Of a stretch of 39,012 nucleotides of DNA, positions 9,800 to 19,933 are shown piece by piece. The notes beneath the pieces are model-generated. The model did no database searches. It was not told where the DNA came from and saw nothing but the letters and a program-made list of their open reading frames with translations. The number at the start of each line of letters is the position of its first letter. Position 1 is the stretch's first letter. Origin of the DNA: an uncultured Sphingorhabdus sp. GTDB lineage: Bacteria; Pseudomonadota; Alphaproteobacteria; Sphingomonadales; Sphingomonadaceae. The stretch covers positions 2,270 to 41,281 of the forward strand of contig CAYVQO010000001.1 in NCBI GenBank assembly GCA_964452835.1, given 5' to 3'. Made by a program: the position numbers and the translations under genes.

Positions 9800-9976
9800 A
9801 TGCCCCATTATTTCGAGATCAAGAAGAACAAGAAGGGCGAGCATGTCGCCTATTTCAAATATAACAGCGAAGCGATTTTCTGGACTGAAGGCTATTCCAG
9901 CAAGGCTGGCGCGAAAAAGGCGATTGAGTCGATATTGAAAAATGGACCCGGCGCAGAAGTGCGCGACGCGGAATAA
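9800..9976 (+). CDS. YegP/DUF1508 (UPF0339) family small protein, 58 aa; not in the ORF track
   Basis: Translated by hand: MPHYFEIKKNKKGEHVAYFKYNSEAIFWTEGYSSKAGAKKAIESILKNGPGAEVRDAE. EGYSSK..A..AIES signature; RBS AAGGAG at 9788-9793. Confidence 0.85.
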   Translation: MPHYFEIKKNKKGEHVAYFKYNSEAIFWTEGYSSKAGAKKAIESILKNGPGAEVRDAE

Positions 9977-9991
9977 ATCAGGCTGAGTAAA

Positions 9992-10432
9992 TCAGGAAGA
10001 GCCTGCCGCCTCGGCCGCGTTGCTGGCCAGGCGGTCGGCCCGTTCATTTTCGGCATGGCCGGCATGGCCTTTTACCCATGCCCATTCGATTTCGTGCCGT
10101 GCTGCGGCCTCAATCAGGTCATGCCATAAATCGGCATTGCGCACCGGCTGTTTAGACGCATTTTTCCAGCCATTGCGTTGCCAGCCCTCCACCCAGCGGG
10201 TGATGCCATCAATCACATATTTGCTGTCGCTGTGCAGCCGCACTTCGCATGGCTCGATCAGCGTGTTCAGGGCGCGGATAACAGCGGTCATTTCCATCCG
10301 GTTGTTGGTCGTATCGGGGTCGCTGCCTGATATTTCTTTTTCATGATTGCCGTAACGGATAATCGCTCCCCATCCGCCGGGCCCTGGATTGCCTTTGCAA
10401 GCGCCATCGGTGAAGATTTCCACGAATTTCAT
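9992..10432 (-). CDS. rnhA: Ribonuclease HI
   Basis: [43 protein letters not shown]. Confidence 0.98.
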   Translation of the reverse strand: MKFVEIFTDGACKGNPGPGGWGAIIRYGNHEKEISGSDPDTTNNRMEMTAVIRALNTLIEPCEVRLHSDSKYVIDGITRWVEGWQRNGWKNASKQPVRNADLWHDLIEAAARHEIEWAWVKGHAGHAENERADRLASNAAEAAGSS

Positions 10433-10436
10433 AATG

Positions 10437-11390
10437 CTAGCTGGCTAGACCGTTCTGCGAATAATGGTCAAGCCGCCGGAGAAAGGCCAATGGGTCTTTT
10501 CGGGACACCAATGCGCCGGGCGGTGTATTGATCCAGTCGTAAAGCCGGGTCAGCAGGAAGCGCAGGCAGGCCCCGCGCGCCAATATGGGCAGTGCCGCTT
10601 TCTCTTCGGCGCTTAAAGGGAAGATTGCTGCATATCCACCAACCAGCGCATCGCCGATGTCGGCTTTGTACTGGCTTCCATCGGCGCTAAAGCTCCAGGC
10701 GCTGTGGGTCACGGCCAAGTCATAGGCTTTGCTGTCGCTGCAGGCGAAATAAAAATCGATCAGGCCAGTAACTTTGCCGTCCAATATCAATACATTGTCC
10801 GGGAAAAGGTCAGCATGCACAGCCGATTGTGGCAGAGTGTTCGGCCAATGCGATTCCAGAAAGGCGCATTCCGCCGCAATCCGTGCCGATAAACCGGGCT
10901 GCAACGCCTCTGTAGCCGCAGCATCGCATTTTTCGAAAAGCGGCCGCCAGCTTGCCAATCCCAGCGGGTTGGGTCGTTGTCCGCCAAAATCGGCAAGTGC
11001 GGCGTGCATCTGGCTCAGCGCGGTTCCAACGGCTTGCGCAATCGCGGTATCAGGCTCTGACACCGATACGCCGGACAAAAATTCGATCAGGCACGCCTTG
11101 CGTCCGGCCACATCCTGAAGCCAGCGTCCGTCCCTATCCTCGATAAAGCGGGGCACGCGGCAACCTTTGCCGTGCAAATGGGCAAGCATATCATGGAAAT
11201 ATGGCAAGTCTTCGGGATCTACACGGTTTTCATATAGCGTCAGGATAAACCGGGCCTGATCTGTCTCGACCAGATAGTTGCTATTCTCTACGCCCTCCGC
11301 AATGCCCTTCAGCGCAGTCAGTTTGCCGACATCATAGCGTGCGAGCAGCGCCGATGCTTCTTCGGCGCTAACTTGCGTGTAGACAGCCAT
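10437..11390 (-). CDS. thrB: Homoserine kinase (type II, APH fold)
   Basis: [42 protein letters not shown]; conserved ispH-thrB-rnhA order. Confidence 0.96.
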   Translation of the reverse strand: MAVYTQVSAEEASALLARYDVGKLTALKGIAEGVENSNYLVETDQARFILTLYENRVDPEDLPYFHDMLAHLHGKGCRVPRFIEDRDGRWLQDVAGRKACLIEFLSGVSVSEPDTAIAQAVGTALSQMHAALADFGGQRPNPLGLASWRPLFEKCDAAATEALQPGLSARIAAECAFLESHWPNTLPQSAVHADLFPDNVLILDGKVTGLIDFYFACSDSKAYDLAVTHSAWSFSADGSQYKADIGDALVGGYAAIFPLSAEEKAALPILARGACLRFLLTRLYDWINTPPGALVSRKDPLAFLRRLDHYSQNGLAS

Positions 11391-12364
11391 CAGGCCGCTT
11401 CAGCAGCAGCCAACCCGCGCGGCAGCTTGAAGGTGATGCTTTCCTCGGCAGTAACGGTCTGGCGTTCCGTCACATCAAAACGCTCGCCAATTCTGGCAAT
11501 AAATTCGCGCACCAAAATCTCCGGTGCTGATGCGCCAGCGGTTACGCCCAATGTCGTTACACCTTCCAGCCAGGCAAAATCGATGTCCTCAGCACGTTGC
11601 ACAAGGCGCGCCCTGGTGCCGCAACGCTCGGCGACTTCTACCAGCCGCAGCGAGTTGGAACTGTTCGGCGCACCAATCACCAATACAAGTTGGCATTCGG
11701 CAGCAATGGCCTTGACTGCTGCCTGCCGGTTGGATGTGGCATAGCAAATATCTTCGCCCTTGGGCCCGACAATCGATGGAAAGCGGCGCTGCAAAATCTG
11801 AACAATTTCAGCGGTATCGTCTACCGATAGAGTTGTCTGGGTCAGGAAAGCCAGCTCCCTTGATCCGTTGCACTGAAAGGCCTCGGCATCCTCTGCTGTC
11901 TCGATCAGCGTCATCGCGCCCTGCGGCACTTGACCGAATGTGCCAATCACTTCCGGATGTCTGGCATGGCCAATGAACAATATGTGCCGACCCGCTTCGA
12001 CCTGGCGTTCAGCCTGGCGGTGTACTTTCGAAACCAGCGGGCAGGTGGCATCCAAATAATCGAGCCCGCGGTCCTCTGCATCGGCTGGAACCGATTTCGG
12101 CACGCCATGCGCAGAAAATACCACTGGCGCACCTTGTGGAACCTCATCCAGTTCCTCGACAAAAATCGCACCTTGCGCCTTCAGGCTGTCCACAACATAG
12201 CGGTTATGGACAATCTCATGCCGCACATAAACAGGGGCGCCATGCTTTTCGAGTGCGAGCTCGACAATTTTTATCGCCCGGTCAACTCCTGCACAAAAAC
12301 CGCGCGGCGCGGCGAGCAGAATGTCCAGATGGGGCTTTGCGAGATTTGGTTCAGTCATTGGCAA
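11390..12364 (-). CDS. ispH: 4-hydroxy-3-methylbut-2-enyl diphosphate reductase
   Basis: [60 protein letters not shown]. Confidence 0.98.
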   Translation of the reverse strand: MPMTEPNLAKPHLDILLAAPRGFCAGVDRAIKIVELALEKHGAPVYVRHEIVHNRYVVDSLKAQGAIFVEELDEVPQGAPVVFSAHGVPKSVPADAEDRGLDYLDATCPLVSKVHRQAERQVEAGRHILFIGHARHPEVIGTFGQVPQGAMTLIETAEDAEAFQCNGSRELAFLTQTTLSVDDTAEIVQILQRRFPSIVGPKGEDICYATSNRQAAVKAIAAECQLVLVIGAPNSSNSLRLVEVAERCGTRARLVQRAEDIDFAWLEGVTTLGVTAGASAPEILVREFIARIGERFDVTERQTVTAEESITFKLPRGLAAAEAA

Positions 12365-12507
12365 GGTGATTTAGGAGATGGACACGCAAAGGCCAAGGAC
12401 TTTCCCACACGGTGCAGGAAGATGATTGCAGTCAGGCAACGGGCTGGGTAAGGAAACGCAATTTTGGGGCAGCGGCGATGCTGCCGCACCTATAAAACAA
12501 GGACTGA

Positions 12508-13158
12508 ATGTTGAAAAAGACAGCCGCCATTGCTCTTTCTGCCAGCCTGTTGGCGCTTTCTGCATGCGCAGGCGATGGCGATCTGGATATCAGCTCTGGC
12601 GTGGGTGTGACGGCGACGCGCACGGGCTGCCCGACTGTGGCTATTCCAGATGGCACAGGTGACATCACTTTGTTTGATCCCGCAACCAGCCAGGAAGCGT
12701 CGGCAGTAGATGTGGTTGCAACCATCACGAAGCTGCGCCCTGCCTGCAACAGCTCTGGTGAACGGATCTATTCGGTCGCAGATTTTGAAGTTCAGGCCCG
12801 CCGGACCAGCCGTAGCGGTGCAAGAACCGTGACGATTCCCTATTTCTCAACCGTGGTTCAGGGCGGCACCGCTGTGGTTGCCAAACGGATCGGCCAAGTG
12901 ACGCTGAATTTTGCCGATGGTCAGGATCGCGCCAGCGCAACCGGCAAGGCTGCAAGCTATATTGACGGCACCAATGCGCGCTTGCCTGCCGATATTGTTG
13001 AGAGGATCACCAAGAAGCGTAAGCCCGGTGATCCTGATGCCGCGCTCGATCCCATGGCTGACCCTGAAGTGCGCGCTGCTTTGCAGCGGGCGAGTTTTGA
13101 ACTTTTGGTGGGTTTCCAACTGACCGAGGATCAGCTTCGATATAATGTGACTCGATAG
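12508..13158 (+). CDS. Conserved hypothetical lipoprotein
   Basis: Basic N-terminus, hydrophobic core and lipobox LSAC; two further Cys; C-terminal ELLVGFQLT..QL.YN. Confidence 0.75.
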   Translation: MLKKTAAIALSASLLALSACAGDGDLDISSGVGVTATRTGCPTVAIPDGTGDITLFDPATSQEASAVDVVATITKLRPACNSSGERIYSVADFEVQARRTSRSGARTVTIPYFSTVVQGGTAVVAKRIGQVTLNFADGQDRASATGKAASYIDGTNARLPADIVERITKKRKPGDPDAALDPMADPEVRAALQRASFELLVGFQLTEDQLRYNVTR

Positions 13159-13170
13159 TTTCGGTCCTTT

Positions 13171-13196
13171 GGGGCCGACTCGCCCCTTTTCTTTTT
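13171..13196 (+). terminator. Probable intrinsic terminator
   Basis: GGGGC-CGACTC-GCCCC followed by TTTTCTTTTT, just after the lipoprotein stop codon. Confidence 0.55.
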
Positions 13197-13255
13197 CGCG
13201 GCATGGATTAGGGGCAGGCTGAATTTGCCGCTAACCCCTTGGTCTGGAAAAAATT

Positions 13256-14983
13256 GTGTCGCTCTTCACGCGTTTTGCCAAACATATTGATGATGCGCTT
13301 GATGCGCTGGCCGCTTCGGGTTCAATTCCAGAGGGGATTGATCGCCGCAATGTGACGGTAGAGCCGCCGCGCGATCCGGCACATGGCGATTTGGCGACCA
13401 ACGCCGCCATGGTGCTGGGTAAGCCTGCCGGGATGAATCCCCGCGCCTTGGCTGAATTGCTTGGCGTTGAGCTTGGCAAGCTTGACGGCGTGACGTCAGT
13501 GGAGATTGCCGGTCCGGGCTTTATCAACATTCGGCTCGACGTATCTGTTTGGTTGTCTGAGTTGCGGGCCATTGCCTCGTCTGGTGCCGATTATGGCCGG
13601 TCAGATTGGGGCGCTGGTAAGACGGTGAATGTTGAATATGTGTCGGCCAACCCCACTGGCCCCATGCATATGGGCCATTGCCGGGGTGCAGTGGTCGGCG
13701 ATGCGCTGGGCAGCCTGCTGGAATTCGCCGGGCACAGGGTGATCCGCGAATATTATGTCAATGACGCGGGCGGACAGGTCGATGTCCTCGCCCGGTCCGT
13801 CCATTTGCGCTACCGCGAAGCGTTGGGCGAAGATATTGGCGAGATTCCGGAAGGCCTGTATCCCGGCGATTATCTTGTCCCTGTGGGCCAAAGTCTCGCA
13901 GCCGAGCATGGCAATAAATTTGTGGGCGCTCCGGAAAGCGAGTGGCTAGTCCTTTTCCGGGAGACTGCTGTTGCCGCGATGATGGACATGATCCGTGCTG
14001 ATCTGGCGCTGCTTGGCATATATCATGACAAGTTTTCATCGGAAGCTGTTGTTCAAAAAGAGAAAAAGCCAGAGGCGGCAGAGGAGTTACTGCGCGCAAA
14101 GGACTTGATTTACGACGGGCAACTGGAAGCACCCAAGGGTGAAGTCGATCCCGATTGGGAGCCTGTTACCTTGCCATTGTTCCGCTCAACCCAATTTGGT
14201 GATGATCAGGATCGGCCAATCAAAAAGTCGGACGGCAGTTGGACCTATTTCGGCGCGGACATGGCCTATCATTTTCAAAAGGCCGAAAGCGCGGACATGT
14301 TGATTGATATTTGGGGCGCGGACCATGCCGGTACTGTCAAGCGGATCAAGGCAGCAGTATCGGCGCTGACCGAGGGCAAAAAACCCTTTGATGTCAAGCT
14401 GGTTCAGATGGTCCGGCTACTCCGCGCCGGCGAACCGGTAAAGATGTCGAAACGGTCCGGCAACTTTGTCACGCTTGCCGATGTGGTTCGCGAAGTGGGT
14501 AAGGATGTGGTCCGCTTCACCATGCTGACGCGCAAGGCAGATGCGCAGATGGACTTTGATTTTGCCAAAGTGGTTGAGGCGTCAAAAGACAATCCGGTTT
14601 TCTACGTCCAATATGCCCATGCACGGATTTGCTCGACGCTGCGTAAGGCAGAAGCAGAAGAAGGCTTTACGCCTTCAGCGGAGCATATTGACCAGCTTGG
14701 TGACGAAGAAATCGCTCTGATCCGGGAAGCGGCAAATTTCCCGCGCATCGTGGAGGCTGCGGCAAAGGCCGGTGAACCGCACCGGATCGCCTTTTATCTG
14801 GCTGATCTGGCTGCTGCCTTCCACGCTTATTGGAATTTGGGTAATGACAGGCCTGACAAACGCTTCATATTGGCACAATCACCGCAATTGAGCGCGGCAA
14901 GGCTTTTCTTGGCGGACAATCTGGGGCAGATATTCCGTAACGGTCTGCGCTTGATGGGGGTCGAAGCCGCAACGCAGATGTAA
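13256..14983 (+). CDS. argS: Arginine--tRNA ligase
   Basis: EYVSANPTGPMHMGH (HIGH motif), KMSKRSG, DNPVFYVQYAHAR; GTG start. Confidence 0.98.
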   Translation: MSLFTRFAKHIDDALDALAASGSIPEGIDRRNVTVEPPRDPAHGDLATNAAMVLGKPAGMNPRALAELLGVELGKLDGVTSVEIAGPGFINIRLDVSVWLSELRAIASSGADYGRSDWGAGKTVNVEYVSANPTGPMHMGHCRGAVVGDALGSLLEFAGHRVIREYYVNDAGGQVDVLARSVHLRYREALGEDIGEIPEGLYPGDYLVPVGQSLAAEHGNKFVGAPESEWLVLFRETAVAAMMDMIRADLALLGIYHDKFSSEAVVQKEKKPEAAEELLRAKDLIYDGQLEAPKGEVDPDWEPVTLPLFRSTQFGDDQDRPIKKSDGSWTYFGADMAYHFQKAESADMLIDIWGADHAGTVKRIKAAVSALTEGKKPFDVKLVQMVRLLRAGEPVKMSKRSGNFVTLADVVREVGKDVVRFTMLTRKADAQMDFDFAKVVEASKDNPVFYVQYAHARICSTLRKAEAEEGFTPSAEHIDQLGDEEIALIREAANFPRIVEAAAKAGEPHRIAFYLADLAAAFHAYWNLGNDRPDKRFILAQSPQLSAARLFLADNLGQIFRNGLRLMGVEAATQM

Positions 14984-15005
14984 GGCATTACAAAAGGATG
15001 GAGCC

Positions 15006-15656
15006 ATGACCGATACTGAACGCGATGGTGGACTGGGTTTGGATGATCCTGATCGCCTGCCCTGGCTCGAAACCGCGGATGGTTATGAATATGAAGAGAG
15101 CGCGTCGCCGCTAAAGGTTGCAGGACTGGTGCTTGGCGGACTTGCGCTGCTGGCAGCGATTGTTGGCGGCATATACTGGTTTCAGCGTAACCAGGCTGGC
15201 GGGCAGGGCAATGGCGAGTTGATTGCGGCGCAAGAAGGCAATTACAAGGTTCCGCCCACGGATCGCGAGGGCAAAAGCTTTGAAGGTGAAGGCGACGCTG
15301 CCTTTGCCGCCAGCGAAGGCAAAAAGGTTGATGCCAAGCTTGATCCGGCCAAGGCCAAGGCCGCAGCTACGGCGGCCCCCGCTGCCCCAGCAGCGAAAGC
15401 CGGGCCTGTTCCCGCAGGTGCTGCCTTTGTTCAGTTGGGCGCGTTCAGCGATGCGGCCAAGGCTGAGCAGGCATGGACAGCGCTTGGCAAACGTTTTGGC
15501 GCCATTTCCGGGACCAGCAAACGTGTCGTCGAAGGTGCCGGCGAAGGTGGACGCAAGGTATACAGGCTACAGGCCATCAGCGCCAATGCGGCCGCTGCGC
15601 AACAGCTATGCGCAAAGCTGAAGGCTGCAGGCGAAAGCTGCCTGATCGTCAAATAA
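15006..15656 (+). CDS. ftsN: Single-TM SPOR-domain cell division protein (FtsN-like)
   Basis: Cytoplasmic LPWL motif, one TM segment, Ala/Pro linker, C-terminal SPOR domain (FVQLGAFS...C..LK..G..C). Sits upstream of nagZ-scpAB-tat, as Caulobacter ftsN does. The symbol is by synteny. Confidence 0.75.
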   Translation: MTDTERDGGLGLDDPDRLPWLETADGYEYEESASPLKVAGLVLGGLALLAAIVGGIYWFQRNQAGGQGNGELIAAQEGNYKVPPTDREGKSFEGEGDAAFAASEGKKVDAKLDPAKAKAAATAAPAAPAAKAGPVPAGAAFVQLGAFSDAAKAEQAWTALGKRFGAISGTSKRVVEGAGEGGRKVYRLQAISANAAAAQQLCAKLKAAGESCLIVK

Positions 15657-15657
15657 A

Positions 15658-15717
15658 CACGGCCTCCGGGGGGGGGAGAGGCGAGGGCCGTGGCAGACGA
15701 ATGTTTGCCACGGCCTC
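15658..15717. repeat. Intergenic inverted-repeat element with two alternative hairpins and a G9 run
   Basis: CACGGCCTC occurs twice (15658-15666 and 15709-15717). Either copy can pair with GAGGGCCGTG (15683-15692). Confidence 0.7.
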
Positions 15718-15823
15718 AACATATCCGGTTTATGCACAGTTTTGCCCCGGACGTGCAGGCTGCCGCCTTGCGTCATCTGCGAAACCCGCATAGCTCTATT
15801 GTCCGGGGGAAGTCGGGAAAGCC

Positions 15824-16876
15824 ATGAAACCAGTCATTTTCGGATTGTCGGGTCTGGTATTGAGCGATGCCGAACGCGGACTTTTCCGTGAGGTGGAGCC
15901 TGCGGGCTATATCCTGTTCAAACGTAATATAGAGGATCGGGTTCAGCTTCGTGCGCTGACGGATGAATTGCGCGCTATCCACGGCCGTGATGATGTAGCG
16001 ATATTGATCGATCAGGAAGGCGGGCGAGTGACGCGGATGAAGCCGCCAATATGGCCGGAATTTCCCGCCGGGGCTGCTTTTGATGCGCTATATGATGTTT
16101 CGCCTTTGTCTGCGATTGAGGCGGCGCGAAACAATGCGGAGGCCATTGCGCTGACGCTGGCTGAGGTTGGCATTACCGTCGATTGCCTGCCGCTGCTTGA
16201 TGTTCGCGTACCTGAAACCCATGCGGCAATTGGCGACCGGGCAATGGGCAGCGATCCGCTGCGTGTGGCTGCGCTTGGCCGGGCGATAATGGATGGCTTA
16301 CAAGCAGGCGGCGTGGTTGGCGTGGTCAAGCATATGCCGGGGCAGGGGCGCGCTGTGGTTGATAGCCATCATGAACTACCAAGGGTAAGTGCTTCTAAAG
16401 AAGAGCTGAAGCAGGATTTTTCGCCATTTAGTGCATTGAACCGGGCGCCGATGGGGATGACCAGCCATGTCGTCTATGAAGCTTATGATCGCGATCGGCC
16501 ATCGACCATGTCGCCGGTGATAATCGATCAGGTCATACGCGGCGAAATCGATTTTGACGGGCTGTTGATGAGCGATGATCTGGACATGAATGCACTAGAG
16601 GGTGATGTCCCCACCCGCGCTGTCGATTGTGTCGCAGCGGGCTGTGATCTGGCGCTCAACTGCTGGGGACGGTTTGACGAGATGGTCGAAATCGCCAATC
16701 GCCTGCCGGACATCAGCGCACGAGCGCGGCAGCGGCTTGATACGGCAATGGCGACAATCAAGCCTGTTGACTTTGCAAGTGAAAGGCTCGGTGCATTGCT
16801 GGCAAAGCGCGATGATTTACTGGCCTTTGCCGCTGCCGACGCGAAGCTTACCGCAGGGGCGACCGGGGCGGCATGA
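15824..16876 (+). CDS. nagZ: Beta-N-acetylhexosaminidase (GH3)
   Basis: ILFKRN, IDQEGGRV, KHMPGQGRAVVDSH, MSDDL.M.AL. Confidence 0.95.
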   Translation: MKPVIFGLSGLVLSDAERGLFREVEPAGYILFKRNIEDRVQLRALTDELRAIHGRDDVAILIDQEGGRVTRMKPPIWPEFPAGAAFDALYDVSPLSAIEAARNNAEAIALTLAEVGITVDCLPLLDVRVPETHAAIGDRAMGSDPLRVAALGRAIMDGLQAGGVVGVVKHMPGQGRAVVDSHHELPRVSASKEELKQDFSPFSALNRAPMGMTSHVVYEAYDRDRPSTMSPVIIDQVIRGEIDFDGLLMSDDLDMNALEGDVPTRAVDCVAAGCDLALNCWGRFDEMVEIANRLPDISARARQRLDTAMATIKPVDFASERLGALLAKRDDLLAFAAADAKLTAGATGAA

Positions 16877-17670
16877 GCGAGACTGATGACCTGATGTTTG
16901 CGGACGCCGACGCAAATTCCGTTCCGGTCGATGACGACAGTGAAACGCTGAAAATCGACATTGATGGCTGGGAGGGGCCGCTTGACCTGTTGCTCACCTT
17001 GGCGCGCAACCAGAAGGTCGATTTGCGGCAAATCTCCATTCTGCAACTGGTTGAGCAATATCTGGGTTTTATCGAAAATGCCCGGGCGCTGAAGCTGGAA
17101 CTGGCTGCAGATTACCTCGTCATGGCTGCCTGGTTGACTTACCTTAAATCCGCGCTGTTGCTGCCCAAGGATCCAGAAATTGATCCTTCGCCGGAGGAGC
17201 TTGCCTTGCGCTTGCAATTGCGGCTGGAGCGGCTGAATGCCATGCGCGAAAGCGGGGCACGGCTAATGGCGCGGGACCGGATCGGACGCGATATCTTTCT
17301 GCGTGGCGCGCCAGAAGGTTTGCGCGTGGTGCGCAAAAATATCTGGGATTGCAGTTATTTTGAACTGATCAATGCCTATGGGCAAATCCATGCGCGCAAT
17401 GCGCCGGTGCTGCATGTCGTCAAAAGGCGCGCCGTGATGACGCTGGAGGAAGCGCTGGAGCGGGTTTCGGCCATGGTTGGTGCGGCGCTCGACTGGACGC
17501 AGCTTGAGGCATTTCTGCCGCCTGACGCGGGCTTTGGCTTGCGCAAATCGGCGCTGGCTTCCAGTTTTGCAGCGGTGCTGGAATTGGCCAAAAGGGGCAG
17601 GATTGATTTGCAGCAGGATGGCACTTTTAGGCCGTTGATGCTGCGGGCAAAACTTGGGGCAAAGGCATGA
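16873..17670 (+). CDS. scpA: Segregation and condensation protein A
   Basis: WEGPLDLLL.LAR, AADYLVMAAWL.YLKS..LLP, F.A.LELAK.G. Confidence 0.95.
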   Translation: MSETDDLMFADADANSVPVDDDSETLKIDIDGWEGPLDLLLTLARNQKVDLRQISILQLVEQYLGFIENARALKLELAADYLVMAAWLTYLKSALLLPKDPEIDPSPEELALRLQLRLERLNAMRESGARLMARDRIGRDIFLRGAPEGLRVVRKNIWDCSYFELINAYGQIHARNAPVLHVVKRRAVMTLEEALERVSAMVGAALDWTQLEAFLPPDAGFGLRKSALASSFAAVLELAKRGRIDLQQDGTFRPLMLRAKLGAKA

Positions 17671-18287
17671 TGATCGAATATGATATCGCAATGCGATCGG
17701 TTGAGGCCACGCTATTTGCGGCTGAAGATCCGATGACGGTAGAACAGATCAAGGGTTATGTCGGCGATGCCATTGATGTGCCAGACGCGTTGAAGCGGCT
17801 GGAAGAACATTATCGCGGCCGGGGGATAGAGCTGGTCCAGCGCGGGCGTACATGGCATTTCCAGACGGCAGCTGATCTTGCGCATTTGCTGCGCCGGGAG
17901 CGGGAGGAAAGCCGCAAGCTCAGCCGGGCTGCGGTAGAGACGCTGGCGATTATTGCCTATCATGAACCCGTCAGCCGTGCGGAGATAGAGGCGATTCGCG
18001 GCGTGCAAATTTCGAAGGGCACGCTTGATGTGCTGATGGAGGCAGGCTGGGTCCGCCCTGCCGGACGTAGGGAAGTGCCGGGTCGTCCGTTAATTTATGC
18101 AACGACAGCAGAGTTTCTGACGCATTTTGGTCTTGCTAATCGCCGCGATTTGCCGGGTCTCGCTGACCTGAAAGCCGCCGGTTTGCTCGATCCGGTTGAC
18201 CTTGCGCTGGAAGGGTTGAACGAGGCCAATGGTGAAGATTCAGAAATGCACGAAAGCGAACTGGAAATATCCGATCCGGACGCCTAA
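17667..18287 (+). CDS. scpB: SMC-Scp complex subunit ScpB
   Basis: VEATLFA, LSRAAVETLAIIAYHEPVSRAEIE.IRGV, PGRPLIYATT.EFL.HFGL...DLP. Confidence 0.96.
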   Translation: MMIEYDIAMRSVEATLFAAEDPMTVEQIKGYVGDAIDVPDALKRLEEHYRGRGIELVQRGRTWHFQTAADLAHLLRREREESRKLSRAAVETLAIIAYHEPVSRAEIEAIRGVQISKGTLDVLMEAGWVRPAGRREVPGRPLIYATTAEFLTHFGLANRRDLPGLADLKAAGLLDPVDLALEGLNEANGEDSEMHESELEISDPDA

Positions 18288-18338
18288 ATTAGTGGAAGAT
18301 TTAACATGGCGCCACGCCTGGTGCCTGAGGAGACTATA

Positions 18339-18563
18339 ATGGGTAGCATGAGCATCTGGCATTGGCTGGTCGTTGGCATCTTGATTATGCTGCTGTTCGG
18401 TCGCGGAAAATTCTCTGGCATGATGGGCGATGTCGCAAAGGGCATCAAGGAATTCAAAAAGGGCATGGCCGAGGATGATGAGGCCAAGACCCCCCCTTCG
18501 CAAATACCGGGGCCGACAACGACTGTAGGTGATGCTGACAAGCAAGGCGAAAAATTGAACTGA
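18339..18563 (+). CDS. tatA: Twin-arginine translocase TatA
   Basis: [12 protein letters not shown]...LLFGRGK...GIKEFKKGM; RBS GAGGAG at 18327-18332 supports the start at 18339. Confidence 0.96.
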   Translation: MGSMSIWHWLVVGILIMLLFGRGKFSGMMGDVAKGIKEFKKGMAEDDEAKTPPSQIPGPTTTVGDADKQGEKLN

Positions 18564-18587
18564 TACCCGCTGGGCGGGGGACCACGC

Positions 18588-18944
18588 ATGTTTGATTTTT
18601 CTGGCGAACTTGTTGTTATTGCGCTGGTTGCCCTGGTGGTGATCGGCCCAAAGGATTTGCCACGGGTTTTGCGTTATGTCGGCAATTGGATCGGGAAAGC
18701 GCGCCGGTTGGCGAACCAGTTTCGGGCCGGTTTTGATGAAATGGTCCGCCAGTCTGAACTGGAAGAGCTGGAAAAGAAATGGGCGGCGGAAAATGCCCGG
18801 ATCATGGCCGAGCATCCAGCGAGCCCCGAATATGACAGCGAACCGCCGCCCGCGATGACGGAACTGCCTTCGCCAGCAGAGGCGGCTGAGGCGGCACCTG
18901 CCAAGCCCGCCAAACGGACCCGCAAAAAGGCGGCACCCAAATGA
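18588..18944 (+). CDS. tatB: Twin-arginine translocase TatB
   Basis: MFDF..ELVVI..VALVVIGPKDLP, then an amphipathic helix and a Pro/Ala-rich tail. Confidence 0.95.
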   Translation: MFDFSGELVVIALVALVVIGPKDLPRVLRYVGNWIGKARRLANQFRAGFDEMVRQSELEELEKKWAAENARIMAEHPASPEYDSEPPPAMTELPSPAEAAEAAPAKPAKRTRKKAAPK

Positions 18945-19720
18945 ATGATATTGACGATAGCAAAATGCCGCTGCTCGATCATCTGGTTGAGCTTCGGAAC
19001 CGGCTGTTGTGGTGCATCGCCGCGCTTTTCGTGGCTTTTGGTGTCTGCTTTTATCTGGCGGAACCGATTTACGGCGTCCTTGTTCAGCCGCTCAAAAATG
19101 TTGGGCAGGACAAGCTGGTTTATGTCGATGTATTTGAGGCTTTTTTCGTTCAGGTAAAAGTCGCATTGTTTGCGGCGCTGATGGTCAGCTTCCCGGTCTT
19201 TGCAACGCAAATCTACCGCTTTGTTGCCCCCGGCCTGTACCGCAATGAGAAAAAGGCGTTTCTGCCTTTCCTGTTGATGACACCGGTTTTGTTCGGCCTG
19301 GGCGCAAGCATGGCCTATTTTGGTGCCATGCCAGTGGCGCTTAAATTCCTGCTCGGTTTTGAAGGAGATATTGGTGGCATCCAGCAAGAGGCTTTGCCCG
19401 GCGTTGGCAGCTATCTGAGCTTTTCCACCACTTTCATCTTTGGTTTTGGCGTTGCCTTCCAACTGCCGGTGCTATTGATGCTGCTGGAAAGGGCAGGCAT
19501 CGTCACCCGGCAACAGCTGAAGGACGGTCGGCGCTACGCCATCGTCGGTGCATTTGTAATCGCTGCCGTGCTGACACCGCCTGATGTCGTGTCGCAGCTG
19601 TTGCTCGCGATCCCGCTATGCCTGCTTTATGAACTGGCGATCATAGCCATCTGGTTCACGCAAAAGCGACGCGACAAACAGGCGGCGGAAGCAAGTGAGC
19701 CGCAGGACAGCTCGGCTTAG
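18941..19720 (+). CDS. tatC: Twin-arginine translocase TatC
   Basis: MPLLDHLVELRNRL, FVAPGLYRNEK, FGVAFQLPV, LTPPDVVSQ; six TM segments. Confidence 0.97.
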   Translation: MNDIDDSKMPLLDHLVELRNRLLWCIAALFVAFGVCFYLAEPIYGVLVQPLKNVGQDKLVYVDVFEAFFVQVKVALFAALMVSFPVFATQIYRFVAPGLYRNEKKAFLPFLLMTPVLFGLGASMAYFGAMPVALKFLLGFEGDIGGIQQEALPGVGSYLSFSTTFIFGFGVAFQLPVLLMLLERAGIVTRQQLKDGRRYAIVGAFVIAAVLTPPDVVSQLLLAIPLCLLYELAIIAIWFTQKRRDKQAAEASEPQDSSA

Positions 19721-19860
19721 CGCGGCGGGGCCTCGCGGTCGATTGCGCGATCCCCCGCCTCACCGACCGATTCAATGTCACGGCCCAAGCCTTTAACGGC
19801 GTTACAGCCGGACAGCAGCAACGATGCAGCAATCAGCGTGGCGGCAATGGCTTTTCGCAT
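19717..19860 (-). CDS. Entericidin A/B family lipoprotein, 47 aa; not in the ORF track
   Basis: Translated by hand: MRKAIAATLIAASLLLSGCNAVKGLGRDIESVGEAGDRAIDREAPPR. Lipobox LSGC plus CN.V.G.G.DI...G signature; RBS GAGGAG 7 nt upstream. Confidence 0.9.
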   Translation of the reverse strand: MRKAIAATLIAASLLLSGCNAVKGLGRDIESVGEAGDRAIDREAPPR

Positions 19861-19933
19861 AGGTCGACTCCTCATCTGACGCCCACCATGATGGGGGCTG
19901 AATGCTGAACGCCAGATGAGCCGGGTAAAGTGA

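Noticed and set aside
16328-16370. NagZ motif variant KHMPGQG instead of KH(F/I/M)PGHG
   Set aside because: The catalytic Asp-Ser-His and the nucleophile Asp are intact, so there is no evidence of lost function.
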